Of a stretch of 64,000 nt of DNA, positions 8,152-16,805 are shown in pieces; the stretch's first letter is position 1, and each line of letters opens with the position of its first letter. The translations under genes were made by a program, and so were the position numbers. Source of the DNA: a virus. The stretch is from positions 1 to 64,000 of IMG/VR virus record IMGVR_UViG_3300023110_002336, one strand, 5' to 3'. The notes below the pieces were generated by a model. That model ran no database searches. It worked only from the letters and a program-made list of their open reading frames with translations, and had not been told where the DNA came from.

Positions 8152-9288
8152 TTATTTTCCTTTCTCGATACCATTCATAGATAGTATCGCAATCAGTCCG
8201 GGGACATTCTTTCGCACATAAACGCCAGAGAAAAGTGTTTCGCACCGCCCGCCAACATAAGCAATCGCAGATTCAAGGTGCTTTGACACACGAGGATCGG
8301 CAACCATTTCTTCACTTGCTACAAGAATAAGCGAGCCTGCTGCGGCTTTACCCTTGGGTGGTGGACAAGCAGAACGATTCATGCAGTTATGCATGATAGT
8401 TGTACCGAGTTTGCCCGTGTTTGGATCTTTGATCATTGTAGAGCCAATGAAGGCACGTCCATCTTTAGCAAAGCAAGTCTCCAAGTCCTTAGAGTCAAAT
8501 GACTGGATTGGAGAATCCTCAGTAGATAGTTTGAGAATCTGTGCTAGAATCTTTGAGAACTGGGTGTTGGCTACTGGATACATTCCAAGCATTCCAATGC
8601 GACCGCGTAGGAGGCGTGTGGAGCGCTCGTTATCTAGAACGATGTGTGGATAAGGAGTTACATCGTTGAGTAGTGATAGGGCGTTCTTGGCGATAGTTGG
8701 GTTTAGGTTCTCTTGTGCTGTTGGCCAAGAGACAATGTAAACAACCTTGCCGCTTGCCTGAACAGATTGTAGGTAGCGCTCAAAGACGGGTTGTAGAGCG
8801 ACGACAGAAGATCCTGTGCCTCCACCGCCACCAGCCATAACGAATAGCCAATCAACCTTGCCGAGTTTGATGCGGAGAGCATCTTCTACGATTGCGCCGT
8901 TCTGTGATAGAACTTCTTTGCCGTAGGAGATGTTCTTACCGATTCCGTCAGAGTCAGGAATAAGAACGACGTGCTCCTCTTCTACATTCTTCGGAATGTC
9001 TTTGCCAGTGCTGTTGACCAATAGGGTCTTGTTGAAACCCAACTCAATCATAGCGTTCGCCATCTTGTTGCCGCCGCCGCCAACACCAACAAAGCCCACA
9101 TTTAGGGATGATGGGGCTGTGTTCTCGGGTAGTAGGTCTTCGTCAGAGTATTCCATCTGTAATCCGAAGTCCTCAACCATACCAAAGTCTTCCGCTTCTA
9201 CTTCTTCGTGGAAGTGGTCCTTTTCTTGGTTGAATGATGGGGGTGCTTCTGCCGGGGGCAAGAAGCCAAACTCGTCGTCTTTACTCAT
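8152..9288 (-). CDS. Tubulin/FtsZ-superfamily GTPase (PhuZ/TubZ-like)
   Basis: T1 loop VGVGGGGNK, signature GGGGGTGS, T7-like loop FDSKD, ~60-aa acidic N-terminal extension. Confidence 0.92.
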   Translation of the reverse strand: MSKDDEFGFLPPAEAPPSFNQEKDHFHEEVEAEDFGMVEDFGLQMEYSDEDLLPENTAPSSLNVGFVGVGGGGNKMANAMIELGFNKTLLVNSTGKDIPKNVEEEHVVLIPDSDGIGKNISYGKEVLSQNGAIVEDALRIKLGKVDWLFVMAGGGGGTGSSVVALQPVFERYLQSVQASGKVVYIVSWPTAQENLNPTIAKNALSLLNDVTPYPHIVLDNERSTRLLRGRIGMLGMYPVANTQFSKILAQILKLSTEDSPIQSFDSKDLETCFAKDGRAFIGSTMIKDPNTGKLGTTIMHNCMNRSACPPPKGKAAAGSLILVASEEMVADPRVSKHLESAIAYVGGRCETLFSGVYVRKNVPGLIAILSMNGIEKGK

Positions 9289-12200
9289 TGATTTACCTTT
9301 GCAAAACCTGCTTCTTTCTCAATTACAATCTGCATGTCTACACAATCCTTGAGAGAATCAAGGTGAGAAATCAGCAAGACGTTCTTGAAATACACCTTAA
9401 TTAGTTCCAAGATCCGAATAAATCCAGCCATATTCTCTTCGTCCAAAGCAGTGCCGGGCTCATCAAGCACAAACACGTCACCCTTGGGTAGAGAAGACAC
9501 GGAGAGCAGAGCAAGACGAATAGCCATAGCAGCCATAGACTTCTCTGCACCAGACGCCATCTCAATAGGGCGGGCATCGTGCTTGGGGTGCTTGATAAAA
9601 ATGTCAAACTTGTTGCCAGATGTCTCAAAGAAAATCTCAAAGTCTACGACGTTTGATAGAATCTTTGCAATCTCTTCGTTGATTACTGGTAGCTTCTGCT
9701 TGATGATGTCGTAGGCAATCCCATTCGGATGCATACAGCGCAGGAATAGGTCATACGCTGCATACTCCGATTGGATTGTCTCGAACTCTAGTCTTCTTTC
9801 TTTGAGGCTTTCGACTCGTTGTTCTTCTGAACCAAGTGATTTGTAAAGATCAATCTTCTTCTGGTTATTTGATCGATTCTCTCTCTCAAGAGATTTGATT
9901 TGATTGTCATGCTTATCCTTCTCCTTTATTAGTTTTTCTAGATTCTCAATCGCTTCCTTGTTGGAGTTGTATTCTGACTGCTCTGCGGCGAGTTCTTGTA
10001 GCCTTGTGTTGGTACGCTGAACTGCGCTGTTCATTCTTTCAATTGAGAGTTCCAGTTCCTTGATAAAGGTCTGGGTGTTTACGCGCCGTGTTTCAAGCGC
10101 GTTGTACTTGTTTAGGTGATCTCGGACAATCTCGGGGTTGAGATCTTTGAGTGTCTCCCGAAGTTCAGCCACTTTTGATTCCACTTCTGGAATCGTTGCG
10201 GAAGCAACATGGGCATCGTGAATGAACTTGCAAGCAGGGAAAGATGAGCCGCAGGGGATGTCTTCTAGTAACTTCTTCTTCTCGGTTGCGATCTCCAATC
10301 TGCTTGTGAAGCCTTTGAGCTTCTCTTCAGTTTCCTGAATCGTCAAAAGAGAACCATTCAAAGAGTCGTAATCCAATGTTTTCATTAGATTATCGATCTT
10401 GACGATGCGCTCTTTCTCAGTAATTAGTTGCTCGGACTCTTCAATTACCGACTGAGACAGGGAAATCACCTGATTTTTTAGTTTTCTTATCTCGGACTGA
10501 ACGGCGTGAATGTCGATCGCTTCTGTTGGAATGTCGGTGATCTTACGAGACACCTCAAGCAAGAGGGTCTGCTCGGTCGCCAACTTGGTTTCTAGCAGTT
10601 TCTCTTCTGCCTCCACCACAGAAATAGCCTTTTTGTGAGCCGCAAAGGCTTCCTCTGCTTCCAGAATTTCTTTTTCGTAATCTCGCCCTTCTAGTTTTTT
10701 GACGAGCGCCTTGGACGAAATAGAGTCCTCTTTGGCTAGTTTGAACTTCTTATCAAAGAACTGAAGATCGAGGAACTTCGCAATGATTTCCTTGCGCTTG
10801 GTTGAGCCCTCGTTGATAAACGCAAGAGCGCCGTGCTGTGAGGACATAGACGAGATAAGGAAATCGTCAATAGTTCCAAAGTGGCGTCGGATTGCTGCGT
10901 CGGTTTCGTTACGAGTTGTGCCGTTTAGCGAAGTAGTCTCGTCAAGAACAGCGTCATAGACCGAGAAGTCTAGTTCGGTCTTTGCTTCTGTGCTTTCGCC
11001 TGCTTTGCCTTTCTTGATGTACTTCGTTACCTTGCGGCGGATTGTGTAGGTCTTGTCGTCAATAGTGATAGACAAGTTGCCTTCACCCCAATCGCGGTTC
11101 TGGTTTACAACATTGACGTTCTTGCGCTCGTTCTTGGAGGTTGTGTTGAACATTGTAAAGAGAATAGCGTCAATAATGGAAGACTTGCCTGAGAAGTTCT
11201 TACCAAAAATGCCGACGATTCCGTTTACATTATTGAAATCAACAGAGTTGTTCTCTCCATAGTTGAATAGGTTAGACCATTCAAACTTGACGAGATCCCA
11301 ATTGACGTTTCTGGAAATGTCTTCTTTTGCCTCAACCTGAACGTTGTACTTTGAGTTCAGTTCGTAGACCTTTGATAGAGTGTCAGATTTGACTTGATAG
11401 TCTTTGAGATACTCTGAGATCAACTCCTGCTGGACTTCTGGATCTCGGAGGTTCTGTGCTCCAAGTCCGTCGGTCAAGTCCTCAACGTCTCCACGCTTAC
11501 CTGCGGCACGATTGAGGAAAGAGATTGACTCTGGTCCGAACTTATGCTTCGCAACGTCTACTGCCTTACGCATAACATCAAGAGGCAGATTGTTGTCGCT
11601 CACAAGCCGTAGTCTTGCGTTTGCGGGCACGCTTGTTTTGCGAGGGATCTTGCCTGTTGCTGTTAGTTCAATCGTCATGAACGGACGCGGGTTCTGTAAC
11701 GTAAAGTGCTCAATCTCCCAATCATCCTTGGAGTTGATAGTCCAAATAGAGAAACCCTTGTCGTCTTCCTCTCCGTGGTTCTGCTGGATTGTAGAGCCTG
11801 CGTAGTAGACACGACGCTCCTTGTCCAAGAACTGGCGTTTATGAATGTCGCCAAGCATAGCAAAGTCAAACTCTTCAAAGATTGAGAGGTTGTCCTCGCC
11901 GTGCTCCATAGTCCAGCCTGCGTCTGTTTGGCAGTTAGAGATTGCGCCGTGATAGAGGGCAATGTTGATCTTGTCTGGATTGGTTGGCTGGACCCAATTA
12001 TCTCGGTCAAAAACTGATAGGACGTTTAGGACAAGATTGCCGTAGGCTAGGTGTGTCTCGCCTGAGTTCTTCAATAGACGCAGAGTCCCAAGATCAAGCG
12101 CCTGAATGATAGGCGTGATAGCGTCCTGACGGCTGCTATTCTTTAGGTTTCCATCGTGGTTACCAAGAATAACAAATGTCGTCGCAATCTTACTGAGATT

Positions 12201-12395
12201 GGTGAAAAAGTCAGACGCCATTTCCACAAACTCTGGGGAAATCTGGGTCTTTGTGTGTGCAATGTCGCCGCAGTGAACAATGTAATCTACTTCCTGCTGG
12301 CGCAGGATTTCGTACATCTGCCCAAAGCAGTTGCGATAGTCTTCGTGATACTTCAGGTTCTTGATGTGAGTATCAGCAATGTGTGCGATTTTCAA
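9285..12395 (-). CDS. Fused Mre11/SbcD nuclease - Rad50/SbcC ATPase (T4 gp47-gp46 fusion)
   Basis: Metallophosphoesterase motifs ADTH, GDIAH, GNHD, ALYHG and GDIH, then Walker A GKNFSGKSS, long coiled coil, signature ASGAE, Walker B VLDEP and H-loop ISH. Likely TTG start at 12395 (GGAGG 4 nt upstream, TTGA overlap); the track start is 12422. Confidence 0.94.
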   Translation of the reverse strand: MKIAHIADTHIKNLKYHEDYRNCFGQMYEILRQQEVDYIVHCGDIAHTKTQISPEFVEMASDFFTNLSKIATTFVILGNHDGNLKNSSRQDAITPIIQALDLGTLRLLKNSGETHLAYGNLVLNVLSVFDRDNWVQPTNPDKINIALYHGAISNCQTDAGWTMEHGEDNLSIFEEFDFAMLGDIHKRQFLDKERRVYYAGSTIQQNHGEEDDKGFSIWTINSKDDWEIEHFTLQNPRPFMTIELTATGKIPRKTSVPANARLRLVSDNNLPLDVMRKAVDVAKHKFGPESISFLNRAAGKRGDVEDLTDGLGAQNLRDPEVQQELISEYLKDYQVKSDTLSKVYELNSKYNVQVEAKEDISRNVNWDLVKFEWSNLFNYGENNSVDFNNVNGIVGIFGKNFSGKSSIIDAILFTMFNTTSKNERKNVNVVNQNRDWGEGNLSITIDDKTYTIRRKVTKYIKKGKAGESTEAKTELDFSVYDAVLDETTSLNGTTRNETDAAIRRHFGTIDDFLISSMSSQHGALAFINEGSTKRKEIIAKFLDLQFFDKKFKLAKEDSISSKALVKKLEGRDYEKEILEAEEAFAAHKKAISVVEAEEKLLETKLATEQTLLLEVSRKITDIPTEAIDIHAVQSEIRKLKNQVISLSQSVIEESEQLITEKERIVKIDNLMKTLDYDSLNGSLLTIQETEEKLKGFTSRLEIATEKKKLLEDIPCGSSFPACKFIHDAHVASATIPEVESKVAELRETLKDLNPEIVRDHLNKYNALETRRVNTQTFIKELELSIERMNSAVQRTNTRLQELAAEQSEYNSNKEAIENLEKLIKEKDKHDNQIKSLERENRSNNQKKIDLYKSLGSEEQRVESLKERRLEFETIQSEYAAYDLFLRCMHPNGIAYDIIKQKLPVINEEIAKILSNVVDFEIFFETSGNKFDIFIKHPKHDARPIEMASGAEKSMAAMAIRLALLSVSSLPKGDVFVLDEPGTALDEENMAGFIRILELIKVYFKNVLLISHLDSLKDCVDMQIVIEKEAGFAKVNQ

Positions 12396-12604
12396 TTGAC
12401 CTCCTGCTCGCAAGTCTCCCATGGTGTGGCGTTAGGATGTCTCTGGGAGTAAAGTTCCGCAAGCGTCTCAAGGCTTGCTACTTCCTCTGCTGGCTCGGCT
12501 GGTGTGGATAGAGAACCATGAATTAATGCTGTGCCAGCATAGCCGAAAAAATAAAAAGTGATGAAAATTGCGAGCCCAAAACACGCTTTGAATAGTCTGC
12601 TCAT
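12392..12604 (-). CDS. Small membrane-anchored hypothetical protein
   Basis: N-terminal TM helix. GGAGG RBS at 12610-12614. Directly downstream of a sigma70-type promoter. Confidence 0.7.
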   Translation of the reverse strand: MSRLFKACFGLAIFITFYFFGYAGTALIHGSLSTPAEPAEEVASLETLAELYSQRHPNATPWETCEQEVN

Positions 12605-12620
12605 CATTACCTCCAATAGT

Positions 12621-12649
12621 AATATAACCCAAGGCTAGTCTACTGTCAA
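12621..12649 (-). promoter_or_regulatory. Sigma70-type (early) promoter
   Basis: Minus strand reads TTGACA-GTAGACTAGCCTTGGGT(17 nt)-TATATT, then GGAGG and ATG. Confidence 0.85.
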
Positions 12650-13603
12650 GGAAATAATGTTGTCTCCAGCGCGCTGAAGTCCCGCTCTGGTCAACTTATC
12701 GTTAAGTTCTTTCTCTAATTGTCCAGAAGTTTCTGCGTTGCTTTTCTTTAATAGTTCTGCTTTGCCTAGTTCGTCAGATTGATCCCATGACTGGACTAAA
12801 TCCAATACTACTTTTTTGGTTAGTTCTTGATATAAATCATAGGCGGTTGACCACTCGGGAGGAAGCACTTGCGCGCCCGAAACCATTCGTGCCTTATCTT
12901 CACCGCTTCCAGATGGCCATTTTCCTGTATTTCCAAAAACAAAATTTTCTAATTCTGGCAGATTGGCTATATCGCCCTCTAGAACACGCTCTACAACCCA
13001 TTTTCTATATTGGTCTTTGCTTTTTAGAGAATTTGGCAGCGGTATGTTAGGAGGAATATCATTGTAATCTAGAGCAGCCATACCACCGGGTAGTGTGCTT
13101 GCGACGCGAGCGTATTCATAATTTAACTTTCCATCCTCTACCATATCATCAATTATTTTCCAAGCGGCTTCGACTCTTTGGGTATTGTCCATGTCAGAAA
13201 GATCAACAAGACCTAATTCTGCTGTTGGGTAGCCTTTGGAAAAATGCTTTTCTGCTGCTGCTGACGGATCTTTGAGAGCACCAACATCAACTCCAAAACT
13301 TTTTAAAGTTTCATCATCAAGTTGTTGGACTTTTTCAACATCAGGCTGGATGCGTTGTTTTTGAGATGTAGATAGTCCTGCCACCCCTCCAAAAAGAAGT
13401 GCTACTGCGGCAAGCATAGAGATGCCAGCACGCTCTCGAAATTTTCTGGCTTTTACCCTCTTCTTTATAAATTCATCTTCGGCGTCTTCTTTAAGTCCAA
13501 CAATCTGTCGAAGAAGTTCTTCAGCCTCTTCTTCGTCACGAGAGCGCTCTAATTCTTCTATAATAATTCTTTTTATTTGTTTTCTAGTAAAAGTGTGTTT
13601 CAT
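12635..13603 (-). CDS. Hypothetical protein with MKHTFTRKQIKRIIIEEL leader and one TM helix
   Basis: 322 aa. TM-like AGISMLAAVALLFGGVAGL after the leader. ACTACTTA motif upstream. Confidence 0.75.
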   Translation of the reverse strand: MKHTFTRKQIKRIIIEELERSRDEEEAEELLRQIVGLKEDAEDEFIKKRVKARKFRERAGISMLAAVALLFGGVAGLSTSQKQRIQPDVEKVQQLDDETLKSFGVDVGALKDPSAAAEKHFSKGYPTAELGLVDLSDMDNTQRVEAAWKIIDDMVEDGKLNYEYARVASTLPGGMAALDYNDIPPNIPLPNSLKSKDQYRKWVVERVLEGDIANLPELENFVFGNTGKWPSGSGEDKARMVSGAQVLPPEWSTAYDLYQELTKKVVLDLVQSWDQSDELGKAELLKKSNAETSGQLEKELNDKLTRAGLQRAGDNIISLTVD

Positions 13604-13606
13604 AAA

Positions 13607-14545
13607 TTATACCGCCGATAGCAAATCTAGCAATAAGTAGTTGTCTCTATCGATAAATCTTGCGTTCGCCTTTCGTTCCCTGAAGATGTCCTGTGGCATT
13701 TCACCTACATCATCATAGCCTGTCACATCGATCTTGTAGAGTTCCACATCGTAACGCAGAAGCGTCTGAATGATACGACGCTCTTTGTCAGCCGCGTCAG
13801 GATCGAGGGCGATGTAGCACGGGGTGTCATTTCGTACAATCTTTCGTAGTAGGTCGGAGTCTGTCCGTAGTGTAGACCCCAAGATAGGCACAGCGTTTCC
13901 TGCCCGAATAGCATCAAATACTCCTTCAACGATCACAAGGTCGTCATTCCAGTTAGTAAATAGATCATTGAACACCACATTCTTGGATGCTTGTGGGTTC
14001 TTGTACTTCATTCCGTGCCCGACATAAGACCGAGCAATAAAGTAGTTGGGATAGCCTGTCGTGCTGAATGAGGGCACTATGATTCTGCCGCCGTAGTCTC
14101 CGTCATAGCAGAAGCCAATCTTCCACCGCTGGATGTCTTCTCTTGTAATCCCTCTCTCGCTAAGATAGCGTAGAGCACGATTGGCTGATAGTGGAAGGTT
14201 CTTGTTGGCGAGACTTACGAACTCGGGTGGGAGTTCGATCTTATCCTCGACATCAGCGTTGCCTTCATCAGAGAATAGTTCAGAAAAGCGACTAAGATCC
14301 GTTCTGTCCGTAATCTGGTCCCATTTCTGGAGTTGTGTAAACGAACCAAAACGTCTAATAACGCGCCTAAGATTGCGACCATAATAATCACAAACCCAAC
14401 ATTTAAAGACATTCTTGTCCAAGTTAACAGAGAACTTACGTTTGTGATGGTTGCACGACGGACACGCGAATAGTAACTCCGAACCCTTATCCAGATAGTT
14501 ACCAAGCGTCTCATAGAGGATCTTCTTCGCTACGATCTTGTTCAT
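13607..14545 (-). CDS. DNA primase (DnaG/T4 gp61-like, zinc finger plus TOPRIM)
   Basis: CPSCNHH...FKCWVC zinc finger, YLSERGI, RIIVP, KYKNP, TOPRIM VEGVFDA and ALDPDA. Confidence 0.92.
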   Translation of the reverse strand: MNKIVAKKILYETLGNYLDKGSELLFACPSCNHHKRKFSVNLDKNVFKCWVCDYYGRNLRRVIRRFGSFTQLQKWDQITDRTDLSRFSELFSDEGNADVEDKIELPPEFVSLANKNLPLSANRALRYLSERGITREDIQRWKIGFCYDGDYGGRIIVPSFSTTGYPNYFIARSYVGHGMKYKNPQASKNVVFNDLFTNWNDDLVIVEGVFDAIRAGNAVPILGSTLRTDSDLLRKIVRNDTPCYIALDPDAADKERRIIQTLLRYDVELYKIDVTGYDDVGEMPQDIFRERKANARFIDRDNYLLLDLLSAV

Positions 14546-14551
14546 GCCTAT

Positions 14552-14580
14552 AGAATAACACGGGGATCACTCTTCGGCAA
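14552..14580 (-). promoter_or_regulatory. Sigma70-type promoter with extended -10, likely giving a leaderless primase mRNA
   Basis: TTGCCG-17 nt-TATTCT with TG at the extended -10 position. The ATG follows the -10 box after only 6 nt (ATAGGC) and there is no SD. Confidence 0.65.
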
Positions 14581-15106
14581 GTTCTTTTAGTCCTGCTCTC
14601 GCAATGACGAGGGCGTCGGCTCTGTCAAATTCTTGTGGTTTGGGATTGCCCTTATGCGTGCGTTCGATCTTGAACTCTGGGTCAGTTGCGAGCAGGTGTT
14701 CCATAACGACTTCTTTTGCTTTTTGACCTCTGGGCACCTTGATTCCTGCTAATTTGCGTGCCTGTGTGGCTCCCAGATAGCGCGGTTTTATCTCAAAGCA
14801 CTCGTAGACCATCCAAGAAACAACGCCATTAAAACGCTGTAGAGCCGCCATAGTCTTACCTGATGAACCACCAGAGTTGAAGAATGTGAAAGGTTGCTCG
14901 ATGTAGATGTGCTCTACGCCTCCACCATTTAACACGGTGCAGTGTTTATCGCAAATGTCCAAAATGTGCTCTCTTATCGCGAGACACTTGGAGAAGAAGT
15001 CTTTGTGCTTTCTGAGATCACAGGCTTCGGATAGAAGGATCTTGCCTTCACTGTCTATAATTGCAAAACCTGTAATGCTTGTGGAAACGTCTATACCGAG
15101 AATCAA
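14567..15106 (-). CDS. RuvC-like Holliday junction resolvase
   Basis: ILGIDVSTSITGFA, IYIEQP and DRADALVIA RNase H-fold acidic motifs. TTG start. Confidence 0.88.
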   Translation of the reverse strand: MILGIDVSTSITGFAIIDSEGKILLSEACDLRKHKDFFSKCLAIREHILDICDKHCTVLNGGGVEHIYIEQPFTFFNSGGSSGKTMAALQRFNGVVSWMVYECFEIKPRYLGATQARKLAGIKVPRGQKAKEVVMEHLLATDPEFKIERTHKGNPKPQEFDRADALVIARAGLKELAEE

Positions 15107-15444
15107 ACCTTATACCTTCGCCACGCAAACCACTCTCTTGTCTTAAGATAATCCAAGTCTTGGTCGTTTGAGTAGGCTTCTTGCTCAAATGGTATCATGT
15201 AGTAGGCTTGCTGTTTATCTTTATATTTAATAATTCCAACAAGATAGTAGTAGAAGTAGAGAATGTAGAACGGAATTACCAACAACTCACGCTGTTGATG
15301 GATGTGTATGGTTTCATGATTGAGGGTAGTTTCGTTCATCCATTCTCTTGAGATAATAAATGGGAAAATTGTGATTGCATATACATCAATCACAACTGAC
15401 ATAAGTTTGGTAAACCACGGAGAGACTATAAGAATAGGCTTCAT
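15103..15444 (-). CDS. Small HExxH (zincin-like) hypothetical protein
   Basis: AITIFPFII...NHETIHIHQQREL...PFEQEAY. Confidence 0.65.
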   Translation of the reverse strand: MKPILIVSPWFTKLMSVVIDVYAITIFPFIISREWMNETTLNHETIHIHQQRELLVIPFYILYFYYYLVGIIKYKDKQQAYYMIPFEQEAYSNDQDLDYLKTREWFAWRRYKV

Positions 15445-16796
15445 TAGATGTCCAACTTTAGTTTGAACGAAAGATCTTCTGCTTCTTTCTTGAGAATTGG
15501 GTTGGATAGTGTCGCAACACCAACAAGTTTCTTGTCTTCATCGTAGATCGCAACTCGGGAAACATACACTTGTCTCTCGAACGGAGCATCGAAACCGGCA
15601 TAGCTTGACGACACTGTGTTTTTGATTCTAATTGTATCCTTCTCTTGGTAAACATTAGAAGACGTTTGGTAAATCTTGTATTGTGCATCCTCATAATCAA
15701 GGAATGTGGGGTTGTTTGAGAAGTTAACTTCGCCTCTACGTGCGTGAGCATACATTGTGAGGACTTGTGTTTCAGTGTGTCCTTTGAATGAAAGATCAAA
15801 CGAGGCGGAGGTTGTTGTGTTGGAAATCCCGTCATTTGCACCAGCAGCAAAATATTTCCAAGCACCAGCAACAAACGCGCCGGGGGTTGCATCTCCTGCA
15901 CCCACAAAATCATAGGACACGCCTTCTGTAAGATCCCAGCTTCCCGTAAGAAGCAAGAATCCTTCTTCATACATCGCAACGCCTGCGACAGAACCTGAGC
16001 CTTCTGAGCCTTCTGGTCCAACTTGAATTAGCTCTCCATTATACTTGGTGTCCTGCAGTTCTCCGACCAATGTACCTGTAACATAAAACTTGAGAGACAT
16101 AGAGCCGGGTTTGATGCGTGTTCCGTAGAAGATCTTTGGAACAGAGATAAGGTTAATGGTTTGTTCATCTTTGTTCCATTGGCCAATGTTTGATGCTGAG
16201 AACTCAACAAAGTAGTGTGGTGAACGAGTGCCGTAGAAGTTAAGAGAATTCCGAAGACTACGATAGTGAGGATTAGCGGAACGAGAAACGTTGGTAATGC
16301 TACCTAGGTTACCTGCGTCTACCATCAATTCTCTTGTAATTGATGCTGACATCACATACGAAGAACCAGTAAGCACGTCTCCGTTTGCTGCTCTAACATA
16401 ATCATCCGAAACTTCCTGCATAGGACCAGAGGCAGTGATTGTATTGGTGCCAGCGGGACCCTCTACAATTGTTCTTGTTCTTCTCTTGGACTTCAAGTAT
16501 TGTTTTGAACTTGTTTTCAAAACATATGGTGTTATAAGCCTGTTGGTGCCAGTGCTGCCAGTCCAACTATCTTGATCTCCTCGGTCGCTCCAAGAAAGCT
16601 CGCCCTGACGGTCCACGTTGTATTCATACAAACTCAAGCCGCCAGAAGCAGACAGTATGTCGCTACTAAAGCTGCCGCTTTCTATTGGGCGATTATCATA
16701 ATATACTGAAGAATCATAGATAAAGAAAGTGTTATGAGGGTATGCCCTCATAGCATTTCTTATCACATCGCTTTGTCCAAACTTCTTGAGGGACAT
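15444..16796 (-). CDS. Baseplate/tail-collar-like structural protein
   Basis: C-terminal NFSNNPTF...VAIYDEDKKLVGVATLSNPILK...FKLKLDI is paralogous to the next gene and resembles tail-collar fibre C-termini. Beta-rich, with many SGS/TGS/SAS motifs. Confidence 0.65.
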   Translation of the reverse strand: MSLKKFGQSDVIRNAMRAYPHNTFFIYDSSVYYDNRPIESGSFSSDILSASGGLSLYEYNVDRQGELSWSDRGDQDSWTGSTGTNRLITPYVLKTSSKQYLKSKRRTRTIVEGPAGTNTITASGPMQEVSDDYVRAANGDVLTGSSYVMSASITRELMVDAGNLGSITNVSRSANPHYRSLRNSLNFYGTRSPHYFVEFSASNIGQWNKDEQTINLISVPKIFYGTRIKPGSMSLKFYVTGTLVGELQDTKYNGELIQVGPEGSEGSGSVAGVAMYEEGFLLLTGSWDLTEGVSYDFVGAGDATPGAFVAGAWKYFAAGANDGISNTTTSASFDLSFKGHTETQVLTMYAHARRGEVNFSNNPTFLDYEDAQYKIYQTSSNVYQEKDTIRIKNTVSSSYAGFDAPFERQVYVSRVAIYDEDKKLVGVATLSNPILKKEAEDLSFKLKLDI

Positions 16797-16805
16797 CTTG
16801 CCCTC

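Noticed and set aside
8152-9288. Cellular ftsZ indicating a host chromosome
   Set aside because: There is no dcw-cluster context or FtsZ C-terminal peptide, and the gene is flanked by phage genes.
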